Origin: a bacterium UBP4_UBA6127
GTDB lineage: Bacteria; UBP4; UBA4092
Length of the DNA: 64,000 nt
Assembly (NCBI GenBank): GCA_002428325.1
Contig: DIVR01000052.1
Coordinates: 11,112 to 75,111, forward strand
Reading direction: 5' to 3'
Shown: piece by piece, positions 29,808 to 39,027 of the stretch
Layout of the letters: each line of letters starts with the position of its first letter
Position numbering within the stretch: position 1 is the stretch's first letter
The notes under the pieces: generated by a model
Seen by the model: only the letters and a program-made list of their open reading frames with translations
Told to the model about the DNA's origin: nothing
Database searches by the model: none
Program-made: the position numbers and the translations under genes

Positions 29808-31229
29808 TTATTTAACCCTTGATCCTGAGGGAACAGGCTCATCAGTAGTCAAAGCTATAGGAAGATTATCTGCAGTCGCAGCCAGTATCATACCCCTGGA
29901 CTCAATTCCCCTGATTTTTCTGGGTTCCAAGTTTGTCAGAAGAATCATTCTTTTCCCGACCATTTCTTCCGGAGTATATTTCAAGGCGATTCCAGCAACT
30001 ACCTGACGGGGAGTTTCTTCTCCAATATCAATTTGCAATTTGAGTAATTTATCAGCCTTTTCAACCTTTTCGGCGGATACTACCGTGCCGACCCGAATAT
30101 CCAATTTTGAAAAAGTATCATAATCCACGATATGGGTTTCTTCTTTTTTCTCAATATCTTCCATTTTTTTATTCATCTCCTCAGATTTTAGCTCTTTAAC
30201 CGGTTGTCCCTCGGAAAACTGTTTTAAGAAACGGATATCATTATCAAAGAACAATCGAATATCATCAATTCCGTATTTAAGCATCGCAATACGTTCGATT
30301 CCAAACCCGAAAGCAAATCCGCTATAGACTTCAGGGTCATATCCAACATGTTTAAAGACCTCGGGATCAACCATTCCGCATCCACCCAGTTCAATCCAGC
30401 CAGAGTTCTTGCATACCCTGCAGCCTTTACCTTTGCAGAAAAGGCAACTCATGTGAAGTTCAGCACTGGGTTCAGTAAAAGGAAAGAAATGAGGGGTGAA
30501 CCGGGTCTTACAATCTTCCCCAAACATAGCTTTTACCAATGAATCCAAGACACCCTTAAGATCTCCTAAGGTTATCCCTTTATCTACCATTAACCCTTCT
30601 ATCTGATGAAACTGATAATTATGGGTAGCATCCACAGCATCTCTCCGGTAACATCGGCCAGGAGCAATCATTCGAATTGGTGGTTGTTTGGTTTCCATGA
30701 CCCGGATTTGAACTGTTGAAGTCTGAGTCCTGAGCAAGTGTTTATCTGTGATATAAAATGAATCCTGTTCATCTCTGGCCGGATGATCGGCGGGAGTATT
30801 CAATGCTTCAAAGTTGTAATAATCAGTTTCGATTTCAGGGCCATGTTCGACAGTAAAACCCATTGAAACAAAGATTTCTTCCAATTCATAACGAATTCGG
30901 GTCAATGGATGAATCCCGCCGGTCGCAAGTTTTCTTCCCGGGACTGTAATATCCAGTGATGAAAGAGATGAAGCTTTTGTTCCTGTGGATTTCAATTCCT
31001 CTTTTTTTATATCCAACATCGAGGATATTTCGGTTTTCAATTGATTAGCCTGCTGTCCCAGGAGAGGACGCTCTTCCACAGATACAGAACCTAATCCTCG
31101 AAGGATTTCTGTAATAGCCCCTTTACGCCCTAAAAAACGGGTATTTAGCTGTTCTAATTCTTCAATATTTTTAGCTTCTTTTATAGCTTTAGCAGCTTCT
31201 GATTGTAATTGTTGGACTTTTTCGAACAT
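29808..31229 (-). CDS. pheS: Phenylalanine-tRNA ligase alpha subunit fused to a C-terminal MetRS-C/Trbp111-type tRNA-binding OB domain
   Basis: Residues 1-338 are canonical PheS (FLGRKG, HPARDEQD, LLRTQTS, QFHQIEG, FPFTEPS, GFAFGFGIER, LKQF). A 135-aa in-frame extension has FSKLDIRVG, ADKLLKLQIDIG, RQVVAGI, NLEPRKIRGIESRGMILAA. Confidence 0.93.
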   Translation of the reverse strand: MFEKVQQLQSEAAKAIKEAKNIEELEQLNTRFLGRKGAITEILRGLGSVSVEERPLLGQQANQLKTEISSMLDIKKEELKSTGTKASSLSSLDITVPGRKLATGGIHPLTRIRYELEEIFVSMGFTVEHGPEIETDYYNFEALNTPADHPARDEQDSFYITDKHLLRTQTSTVQIRVMETKQPPIRMIAPGRCYRRDAVDATHNYQFHQIEGLMVDKGITLGDLKGVLDSLVKAMFGEDCKTRFTPHFFPFTEPSAELHMSCLFCKGKGCRVCKNSGWIELGGCGMVDPEVFKHVGYDPEVYSGFAFGFGIERIAMLKYGIDDIRLFFDNDIRFLKQFSEGQPVKELKSEEMNKKMEDIEKKEETHIVDYDTFSKLDIRVGTVVSAEKVEKADKLLKLQIDIGEETPRQVVAGIALKYTPEEMVGKRMILLTNLEPRKIRGIESRGMILAATADNLPIALTTDEPVPSGSRVK

Positions 31230-31233
31230 TGGA

Positions 31234-32679
31234 TTATCCTTTTTTAAAGGGAATAGTATGGCTAAAATATGGCCTGATTTCGCCGATTAAATATAAAGAC
31301 CCAGTCACACATATCAAATCATCTGGACGGGCCTTATCCATTGCATATTTTAATGCATCCAGGCTTTTCTTGGCAATCTGGAAGGGTTTCCCGGTTTCCT
31401 TTGCCAAGTCGGTCAAGACATCAAGAGGTAACGCCCGGGTGGTGTTTGCGGAGGTTATTATGATTTCATCTGCAAGAGAAGCTAAGATTTGAATAACCTT
31501 TTTCCGCTCTTCTCCTTCAGATAACCCTAACACTAAAATTAACCGGTTATAAGAAAAATCATTTTTTAATGATTCATGGAGAGTATCGGCACCACTCTCA
31601 TTATGGGCTCCATCCAGTAATACCAGTGGGGATTCAGAAATGATTTCCATTCTTCCCGGCCAGAAAGCTTTTTTTATCCCTTCATGGATACCGGAGGTCG
31701 TCAATCGATGGATATCCGGCACTAAACAGGAATTTTCATTTTTAAACGGATTAATATTAATATCCGGCTTATCCATTTGAATTCCTTGATGGAGGTTAAC
31801 TGAATTCTGAGCTTTCAGGGATTGTTCAATCAAAACTTCTACAGTAGCTAAAGCTAACCCGATATTCTGGATTTGGTGAGAACCTGTCATTCGAGTGATT
31901 AAATTTGAATAGTCCAATAATCTTCCAGAATAATGTATTTCTTGCCCGACGGGCCATTTTAATCCATCTGCCATTTTATACTGGATTTGGTTTAGCCTGC
32001 ATTTAAAATCTTTTCCATATTGGTAGAGTTTTGCCTTTTTCCCTTCAGCGATTATTTTAATTTGATGAAGAGCCTCTCCTTCCGCAGCGGTAAGGACGAC
32101 TCCCCCTTCTTTAATAATTCCCGCCTTCTCTCTGGCTATCTCAGAGATTGTTTTTCCTAATTGTTTAGTATGATCCAGTCCGATGTTGGTTATAATCTGA
32201 ATTGAGGAATTCACCACATTAGTCGCATCCAACCGACCCCCCAAACCTGTCTCCCATACTACATAATCCACTTTAGCTTTCGAAAAATACATTAAGGCCA
32301 AAGCAGTCGTTACTTCAAAATAAGTGGGATAACACTCATCAGGTTCTTTTTTTAAATCCTCCAAGGCATGCATTAATTCTTCCATCAACCCACAGAGAGT
32401 ATCCGGCTCAATAGGAATGAGATTCAGGGTGAAACGTTCTTCCAATCTTTCAAGATGAGGGGATGTATAGGTTCCGACTGTATAGCCGGAAGAAAATAAT
32501 ATCTGGCTTAAATACTGAGCGACTGAACCTTTACCATTTGTTCCGGCTATATGGATGAACTGGAGTCCTTCCTGGGGGTTATCTAGTTTATCCAAAAGCC
32601 TTACCATATTTTCAAGGCCGAGTTTAATTCCGAAAAATTCAAGATTATTAATATAATTTAATGCCTCTTCATATTTCAT
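31234..32679 (-). CDS. folC: Folylpolyglutamate synthase/dihydrofolate synthase
   Basis: IHIAGTNGKGS, YTSPHL, TYFEVTT, ETGLGGRLDATN, IAREKAGI, WPGRME, LDGAHN, TGSLYLIG. Confidence 0.96.
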   Translation of the reverse strand: MKYEEALNYINNLEFFGIKLGLENMVRLLDKLDNPQEGLQFIHIAGTNGKGSVAQYLSQILFSSGYTVGTYTSPHLERLEERFTLNLIPIEPDTLCGLMEELMHALEDLKKEPDECYPTYFEVTTALALMYFSKAKVDYVVWETGLGGRLDATNVVNSSIQIITNIGLDHTKQLGKTISEIAREKAGIIKEGGVVLTAAEGEALHQIKIIAEGKKAKLYQYGKDFKCRLNQIQYKMADGLKWPVGQEIHYSGRLLDYSNLITRMTGSHQIQNIGLALATVEVLIEQSLKAQNSVNLHQGIQMDKPDININPFKNENSCLVPDIHRLTTSGIHEGIKKAFWPGRMEIISESPLVLLDGAHNESGADTLHESLKNDFSYNRLILVLGLSEGEERKKVIQILASLADEIIITSANTTRALPLDVLTDLAKETGKPFQIAKKSLDALKYAMDKARPDDLICVTGSLYLIGEIRPYFSHTIPFKKG

Positions 32680-32793
32680 AGTATTTATGGGCCTTCTCCC
32701 CGATGGATCAATGTGGAATAAATATTATTCCTTTTATCTTCTGATATTTTTCTCTTTCATTCAATTTCAAAACAAAGATATAATCAATCATCT

Positions 32794-34890
32794 ATGATTT
32801 ATCAAATTGACCAGAGTTTATTTATCTTTTTAAACCAACAATTGCATAATCCTTTATTGGATCGTTTTTTCCCCTTCATCACAAATGCCGGTAATTTTAA
32901 AGCTATCCTGCTTTTCGCCGCCATTTTTATTTTCTGGAAGGGAAAATGGCCATTACGGATAACTCTTTTATTATCAATATTTTCACTCATTATTTCCAGC
33001 AGCATCTCTGAAATATTGAAGGAAACCATTTGCCGAATCAGGCCCTTATGGGTCATTGAGAATACTCGTCTTTTAGTGGGAGGCACCCATTCCTATTCTT
33101 TTCCGTCTGCCCATGCTTCCAGTATGTTCTCGGTCGTAAGTATCTTTATTTATCGTTATAGAGACAAAAAATGGCTGACAGGGATATTACTCAGCCTGGC
33201 ATTGCTAGTGTCTTATTCCAGGATATATGTGGGAGTTCATTATCCTCTGGATGTACTGGGCGGCATAATCATCGGCCTATTGACAGGCATTTTCATCCTC
33301 TATTTTTATCAGAAATGTCCGTTTCTTGAATATGATCAACAGAAATCCAGGGTGAAAGTAAACTATCAATCAGCTTTTTACTTTTTATTCATTTTATTAA
33401 CTTTTTTTCGATTATCCTATATTGCCTCCGGTTCTAGGTCATTAACTCCGGAGGAAACCCAATATTGGGACTGGTCTAGAAATCTTGATTGGAGTTATTA
33501 CAGTAAACCACCCTTTATCGCTTATCTCATTCATCTGTTTACGGTCATTGGGAAGTCCTCGGCTTTCTTTGTTCGGCTTGGTTCTGTTTTGATATTTTCA
33601 GTTCTGGGGATAATTACCTACAAATTTTGCCTGAGATTGATTAAAGATACCCGGATAGCCTTTTGGTGTTTTGTGGTATTCAACCTGATTCCCCTGTTTT
33701 CCGCTGGGGCTTTGCTTATGACAACAGACACCCCTTTGGCTTTGTTCTGGGGATTAACTGTCTATGCCCTTTATATTGCCTTATTCGAGAATAAGCCTTC
33801 CTGGTGGTATCTGACAGGTCTTTTTTTCGGATTGGGGATGCTGAGTAAATATACAATGGCTTTATTAGCTCCCGGTATTTTATTATTCCTATTATTGCAA
33901 CCAGAGAATCGGAAATGGCTCTATCGAAAAGAACCCTATCTGGCCGGTTTAGTCGCCCTGTTTTGCTTTCTGCCCGTTATCTATTGGAATTATACCCATG
34001 ATTGGGTTACTTTTAAACATGTCGCCGGACAGGCCCATGTGAATGAAGGATTTATCCTGAAATGGAAATATTGCCTTGATTTTGTGGGTTCTCAGGCCGG
34101 AGTCATCACACCCTTCGTTTTTTTAGCCATGCTTTATTACACCTATAAAGCCATTTGCCGGTATTTTTCCCGAACCTTAGATGCTAAAGAATTGTTTCTT
34201 CTTTGTCTGTCAGTCCCTGTTTTCCTCTTCTTCCTTTTCAAAAGTATGCAGGGAAAAGTTGAAGCAAACTGGGTGGGAACTGGATATTACACCTGGATAA
34301 TGTTTTTAGTTATTGATTTTGAGAAAAGAAGATTGGCTGTCCCATCAATTATCCGTAAGAAATTGAATATTCTCGCTATCTCCAGTCTTTTAGTTGCCTT
34401 TTTAATAACCCTGGTTATGCATGACAGTTCTATCATCAGAAAACTGGGAATCAATCTTCCTCCCAAAAAAGACCCCACCAGCCGCCTTTATGGATGGGAT
34501 GATTTAGGTACTCAAGTTTCCCAGATAAAATCTCAAATGCCTTCCCCTGATTCCACTTTTGTCTTCAGTGATTATTACCAACTCTCGGCTGAATTAGCTT
34601 TTTACACGGAGGGTCAGCCCCGGGTTTATTGTATAAATCTGGGTCGAAGGATGAACCAATATGACCTTTGGGAAAACATTTCTACGCAGAAAGGGCGGGA
34701 TGGCCTTTTTGTGACCAATGGAAGACACTCGTCCATAGATTCGAGAATTACCAGCTCTTTTGATAAAATTGAATCTCCGATAATCATTCAAACAAAACGA
34801 AAAGGTCTTCTATATCAAGAGTTTACAGTCGTACGGTGTTATGGATTCCATGGAACGATTCTTGATGAACATCAAACGGACCGTTATTAG
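32794..34890 (+). CDS. PAP2 phosphatase fused to ArnT/GT39-like GT-C glycosyltransferase
   Basis: PAP2 motifs KETICRIRP, SFPSAH, SRIYVGVHYPLD. GT-C motifs PEETQYWDWSRNLDWSYYSKPP, TTDTP, LSKY. Confidence 0.88.
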   Translation: MIYQIDQSLFIFLNQQLHNPLLDRFFPFITNAGNFKAILLFAAIFIFWKGKWPLRITLLLSIFSLIISSSISEILKETICRIRPLWVIENTRLLVGGTHSYSFPSAHASSMFSVVSIFIYRYRDKKWLTGILLSLALLVSYSRIYVGVHYPLDVLGGIIIGLLTGIFILYFYQKCPFLEYDQQKSRVKVNYQSAFYFLFILLTFFRLSYIASGSRSLTPEETQYWDWSRNLDWSYYSKPPFIAYLIHLFTVIGKSSAFFVRLGSVLIFSVLGIITYKFCLRLIKDTRIAFWCFVVFNLIPLFSAGALLMTTDTPLALFWGLTVYALYIALFENKPSWWYLTGLFFGLGMLSKYTMALLAPGILLFLLLQPENRKWLYRKEPYLAGLVALFCFLPVIYWNYTHDWVTFKHVAGQAHVNEGFILKWKYCLDFVGSQAGVITPFVFLAMLYYTYKAICRYFSRTLDAKELFLLCLSVPVFLFFLFKSMQGKVEANWVGTGYYTWIMFLVIDFEKRRLAVPSIIRKKLNILAISSLLVAFLITLVMHDSSIIRKLGINLPPKKDPTSRLYGWDDLGTQVSQIKSQMPSPDSTFVFSDYYQLSAELAFYTEGQPRVYCINLGRRMNQYDLWENISTQKGRDGLFVTNGRHSSIDSRITSSFDKIESPIIIQTKRKGLLYQEFTVVRCYGFHGTILDEHQTDRY

Positions 34891-34902
34891 CGGGTAATTA
34901 AT

Positions 34903-35865
34903 ATGAATCATACAGAAAATAAAATTGCATTATCCATTGTCATCCCTGTTCTCAATGAAGAAGAAAATGTCCTAAAACTGCATCAGGCCTTGAATCCTGT
35001 CTTGCAAAAATATGGACAGCCTTACGAGATTATTTTTGTAGATGATGGAAGCACAGATAAAACTTCCGAACTGGTTTCGGGAATCCAGGATCCTCAGGTA
35101 GTGCTGATTCGACTCCGCCGCCGTTTTGGGCAGACAGCCGCCATGTCGGCCGGGATTGATTATGCCAGAGGGGATATCATCATCATGATGGATGGGGATT
35201 TGCAGAACGACCCTCAGGACATCCCCCGTCTTCTGGCTAAAATGAATGAAGGATATGATATTGTCAGCGGTTGGAGAAAAGACCGGAAAGACAAATATAT
35301 GACCCGGATTTTCCCCTCTAAAATCGCCAACTGGCTGATTGGGGCAATCACCGGAGTCCGGCTTCATGATTATGGCTGTTCCCTGAAGGCATACCATAAA
35401 GATGTCATCAAAGACCTCAAGTTATATGGTGAAATGCATCGGTTTATCCCTGCCCTGGCCAGCTGGTATGGCGCCAGTATCGCTGAGATGCCCGTGACCC
35501 ATCATCCCCGGCAATTCGGGAAAAGTAAATATTCCCTGACCCGAATCACCCGAGTGGTGCTGGATTTATTAACGGTTAAATTCCTTTTATCTTTTGTAAC
35601 CAAACCTTTGCAGATATTTGGATTGTTAGGATTAGGCTCCTTTTCAATCGGGACATTGATCTGCCTTTACCTTACTTTCATTAAATTTTTCTATCAGGTC
35701 AATATTGGAGGCCGCCCCCTGCTCCTCCTTGGGATATTGATGCTGATGGCTGGAATCCAGTTTATCACCCTGGGCTTATTAGCCGAAATGATTTCCAGGA
35801 CCTATTTCGAATCCCAGGATAAACCTATTTATGTCATTAAAGAAGTAGTTCGCAGAGAATCCTGA
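34903..35865 (+). CDS. GT2 polyprenyl-phosphate glycosyl synthase (ArnC/DPM1-like)
   Basis: VIPVLNEE, VDDGSTD, DGDLQNDP, VSGWR, DYGCSLKAY, YGEMHRFIP, GKSKY, two C-terminal TM helices. Confidence 0.9.
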   Translation: MNHTENKIALSIVIPVLNEEENVLKLHQALNPVLQKYGQPYEIIFVDDGSTDKTSELVSGIQDPQVVLIRLRRRFGQTAAMSAGIDYARGDIIIMMDGDLQNDPQDIPRLLAKMNEGYDIVSGWRKDRKDKYMTRIFPSKIANWLIGAITGVRLHDYGCSLKAYHKDVIKDLKLYGEMHRFIPALASWYGASIAEMPVTHHPRQFGKSKYSLTRITRVVLDLLTVKFLLSFVTKPLQIFGLLGLGSFSIGTLICLYLTFIKFFYQVNIGGRPLLLLGILMLMAGIQFITLGLLAEMISRTYFESQDKPIYVIKEVVRRES

Positions 35866-35869
35866 TACC

Positions 35870-36916
35870 GTGAAAAAGCATCTTTCCTTTTTGCTTAAAT
35901 TGGTATTAACAGTTGTCCTTCTGGTCATCTTGTATTATCAGATTGACCTGGAACATATGGTATTAACCATTCAACAGGCCGATTGGCGGATATTGCTGGG
36001 TTGTGTGCTGTTCTATGGTTTCAGCCAGTTTTTGAATACTTATAAATGGGCCATCCTGTTACATTCCCACGGTGCGGTTCATCCCTACCCCAAGCTTCTG
36101 ACCTATAACTTTATCGGGATGTTTTTTAATTTCTTTATGCCCGGAATGGTGGGGGGAGATGTCCAGAAGTGTTATGCCGTATATCGGGATGAAAAGAAAC
36201 AATTTGGAGAAACGATTCCCAAAGGCCGAATGACCCAGATCATCAGCAGTATCATGATGGCCAGAGTGACCGGGGTGCTGGCGATGATTTGGCATGCGAA
36301 CTTCGCCTATTTCTTCATATTCCGGCAAATGAAGATAGCCACCCAAACCCATGACCTATTCTTGGAGTATTACCTTCCCAGGATTTTGTTACTCCTTTTG
36401 TTGGGGACTTTCATGGTCATCATAATCCCTCTTTTTTTCAACTTTAGAATCGACTCCCAGAAAGAAAAGAAAAATCTTCTGGATAAAATCATTACTCCTT
36501 TTTTACACATGGCGATGGTCATGAAAGGATATATCAAGGATACCCGGATGTTTCTTTATATTCTTTTCCTTTCGGTGCTATTCCAGGGAATGATGAATAT
36601 TTTGAATGCGATGGTTGGGTATGCCCTTCATCTGAATATCCCCTTGTCCTATTATTTCATTGCTGTTCCCCTGATAACATTGTGTACGGCGGTTCCCATC
36701 AGTTTAAGCGGATTTGGGGTTCGAGAAGGTTCCTATGCTTATTTTCTGCATTTTGTGGGAATCACTCCGGCCCAATCCGTATTATTATCTTTGACGACAG
36801 TGCTGGTAACAGCTGTCAATTCTGCTATTGGTGGGTTTCTTCTTATCAAGGAAGGTTTCTTTATTGAGAAGAAAATCCCTCAAGAGGATGAGCTAAATGG
36901 AAATGGAACTGATTAA
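35870..36916 (+). CDS. UPF0104/lysylphosphatidylglycerol-synthase TM (flippase-like) protein
   Basis: FFNFFMPGMVGGDV, PISLSGFGVREG, multi-TM. Follows the GT2. Confidence 0.85.
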   Translation: MKKHLSFLLKLVLTVVLLVILYYQIDLEHMVLTIQQADWRILLGCVLFYGFSQFLNTYKWAILLHSHGAVHPYPKLLTYNFIGMFFNFFMPGMVGGDVQKCYAVYRDEKKQFGETIPKGRMTQIISSIMMARVTGVLAMIWHANFAYFFIFRQMKIATQTHDLFLEYYLPRILLLLLLGTFMVIIIPLFFNFRIDSQKEKKNLLDKIITPFLHMAMVMKGYIKDTRMFLYILFLSVLFQGMMNILNAMVGYALHLNIPLSYYFIAVPLITLCTAVPISLSGFGVREGSYAYFLHFVGITPAQSVLLSLTTVLVTAVNSAIGGFLLIKEGFFIEKKIPQEDELNGNGTD

Positions 36917-37871
36917 GCCTCCCTGCTTAGAGCCAGGGGATACCCTTGGATTGATTGCCCCTTCCGGTCCGGTAATTCGTAATAACGATATTCCGGCAGG
37001 GACCATGCCGTCCCATTTGGAAAAAGGAATCGCTTACCTGGAGAAAATGGGTTATCACCCCGTCTTAGGAAAACATGTTTTGAATCGCCGAGGCTATCTG
37101 GCAGGGACGGACATGGAACGTCTGGAAGATTTGCATGCCATGTTGGCGAATCCCAAGATTAAGGGGATTTTCTGTGTAGCCGGGGGATATGGAACCCCAA
37201 GGCTTCTCCCCCACATTGATTATGAGCTTCTGAGAAAGAATCCTAAGATTTTTGAGGGGTATAGCGATATCACCGCCCTGAATAATACTTTCTTTTCTCT
37301 GACAGGATTGGTTACCTTTGAAGGTCCCATGGCCAATTACGATTTTGGCAGGCATATCGATTTCAACCGGGATAATCTTTGGAAGGTCATGACGCAGAGA
37401 GAACCGGTGGGGGAAGTCCCAGTCCCGGAAGATTACCCATCCATGGAAACCCTCTATCCTGGTAAAGCATCAGGACGGTTAATTGGAGGAAATCTCTCCC
37501 TTTTAGCGGCTACCCTGGGAACGCCTTATGAAATCGACACTCGGGATAAAATCCTGTTCCTTGAGGATATTGATGAATATCCCTATCGGCTGGACCGGAT
37601 GCTGAACCATTTGCTCCTGGCAGGCAAATTGCAACAGGCCAGTGGAATTATTATTGGAGAATGTGTGGACTGTATCCCCGATCCTCCTGAAAATCCTTCC
37701 TTAAGCTTAATGGAAATTTTTGATGATTTGATTGTCCCTCTGCAGAAACCCACTTTTTATGGGCTTCCCTGTGGGCATGGAACTTATAAATTGACTCTCC
37801 CCATTGGGATTCAGTCGTCAATGGATGCGGATAGATGCAAACTCTATCTGGAAGAATCTGCTGTTTCATAA
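36897..37871 (+). CDS. LD-carboxypeptidase (peptidase S66, LdcA/MccF family)
   Basis: GLIAPSG, GGYG, nucleophile GYSDITAL, GGNLSLL, LFLED, CGHG. Confidence 0.93.
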   Translation: MEMELIKPPCLEPGDTLGLIAPSGPVIRNNDIPAGTMPSHLEKGIAYLEKMGYHPVLGKHVLNRRGYLAGTDMERLEDLHAMLANPKIKGIFCVAGGYGTPRLLPHIDYELLRKNPKIFEGYSDITALNNTFFSLTGLVTFEGPMANYDFGRHIDFNRDNLWKVMTQREPVGEVPVPEDYPSMETLYPGKASGRLIGGNLSLLAATLGTPYEIDTRDKILFLEDIDEYPYRLDRMLNHLLLAGKLQQASGIIIGECVDCIPDPPENPSLSLMEIFDDLIVPLQKPTFYGLPCGHGTYKLTLPIGIQSSMDADRCKLYLEESAVS

Positions 37872-37877
37872 GTATGT

Positions 37878-38783
37878 GTGGAGGTTTCTCTTATGTTTTT
37901 AGGTGAAGTTGAACTGGAAGGTTATCCAATACGCCAATATCGGATAAATGATTTGATTATTGGGATATCCACTCAATTCGGGCCACGAATCCTTCAATTA
38001 TCTCCCATAGAGAATCCTGACCTGAATATTTTCGGTATCCTGCATGATAAGGGAGTAGCGACCCGGGAAGGTTTCTGGAATACTTATGGAGGGCATCGGC
38101 TTTGGAGCTCTCCGGAAGCGACTCCCCGTTCCTATTCATTGGAAAATACCCCCATTCAGTGGGTTGAAAAAGAGTCCTCCTTAACCCTTTTGGGACCCAT
38201 CGAAATTCAAAACAGCCTGCAGAAAGAAATCATCCTGGAACCGGATGGTCCAAAGGGTATCAGGATTACCCATCGTTTAAAAAATATCGGACGCTGGCCG
38301 ATTCGGATGGCCTGTTGGGGTTTATCGGTCATGAAACCGAAGGGGTTTGCAGCGATTCCAATCCTTCCGGGAACTGTTGATGCAGAGGGTCTTTTGCCTG
38401 ACCGGAAAATAGTCTTATGGCCTTATACGGATTTATCTGATTCGAGATTGATTCTTCAAAAAGATTTTTTATTTCTCAGACAAGACCCTTCCAGGGATTC
38501 TCCTATTAAAATTGGAGCCACTTCGAAACCGGCCGTCGCTTTTTACCATTGGAACTTTTTGACATTTGTCAAAAAGACCATAATTTCTGATGGTGAATAC
38601 CCGGATGGTGGAGTCTCTTTTGAGGCTTATGCCAATGCCGATATGCTTGAATTGGAATCATTAGGACCTTTATCCCTTATTCAACCGGATGATTTTATTG
38701 AACATATTGAATCCTGGAATTTGCTCAAAACAGGACCTTTGACTCCCAATGCCAATGACTTTTATCCTCTTATTAACTCTTAA
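37878..38783 (+). CDS. DUF4380-like protein (mutarotase-like beta-sandwich)
   Basis: GPRIL, GGHRLWSSPE, ITHRLKN, LELESLGPL...IEHIESW pattern. Confidence 0.65.
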   Translation: MEVSLMFLGEVELEGYPIRQYRINDLIIGISTQFGPRILQLSPIENPDLNIFGILHDKGVATREGFWNTYGGHRLWSSPEATPRSYSLENTPIQWVEKESSLTLLGPIEIQNSLQKEIILEPDGPKGIRITHRLKNIGRWPIRMACWGLSVMKPKGFAAIPILPGTVDAEGLLPDRKIVLWPYTDLSDSRLILQKDFLFLRQDPSRDSPIKIGATSKPAVAFYHWNFLTFVKKTIISDGEYPDGGVSFEAYANADMLELESLGPLSLIQPDDFIEHIESWNLLKTGPLTPNANDFYPLINS

Positions 38784-38840
38784 TCATTACTAAACATGAA
38801 GTTAGGCTTTATTATCTAAGGTGATTTCTTGTAATAATTC

Positions 38841-38903
38841 ACTGATAGTATCAAAGAGAGACCCAGGCTGATGCCATCAGCCTGGGTCCCTCTCCGTATC
38901 AGT
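38841..38903. repeat. Composite REP-like hairpin (family B core with family A-like outer arm)
   Basis: GACCCAGGCTGAT-GCC-ATCAGCCTGGGTC (38860-38888) followed by CCTCTCCGTATCAGTTCC. Outer ACTGATA/TATCAGT pairing. Between convergent genes. Confidence 0.8.
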
Positions 38904-39027
38904 TCCAAAGCAGAATTTAACATAATAAGCATTTATTTCATTGAGAATAAGAGGGTTATTGATGGAATCAGACGATGTTGATGAGATATAGTCGATTATC
39001 TTTAATTAAACCAATAATCAGGAAATA

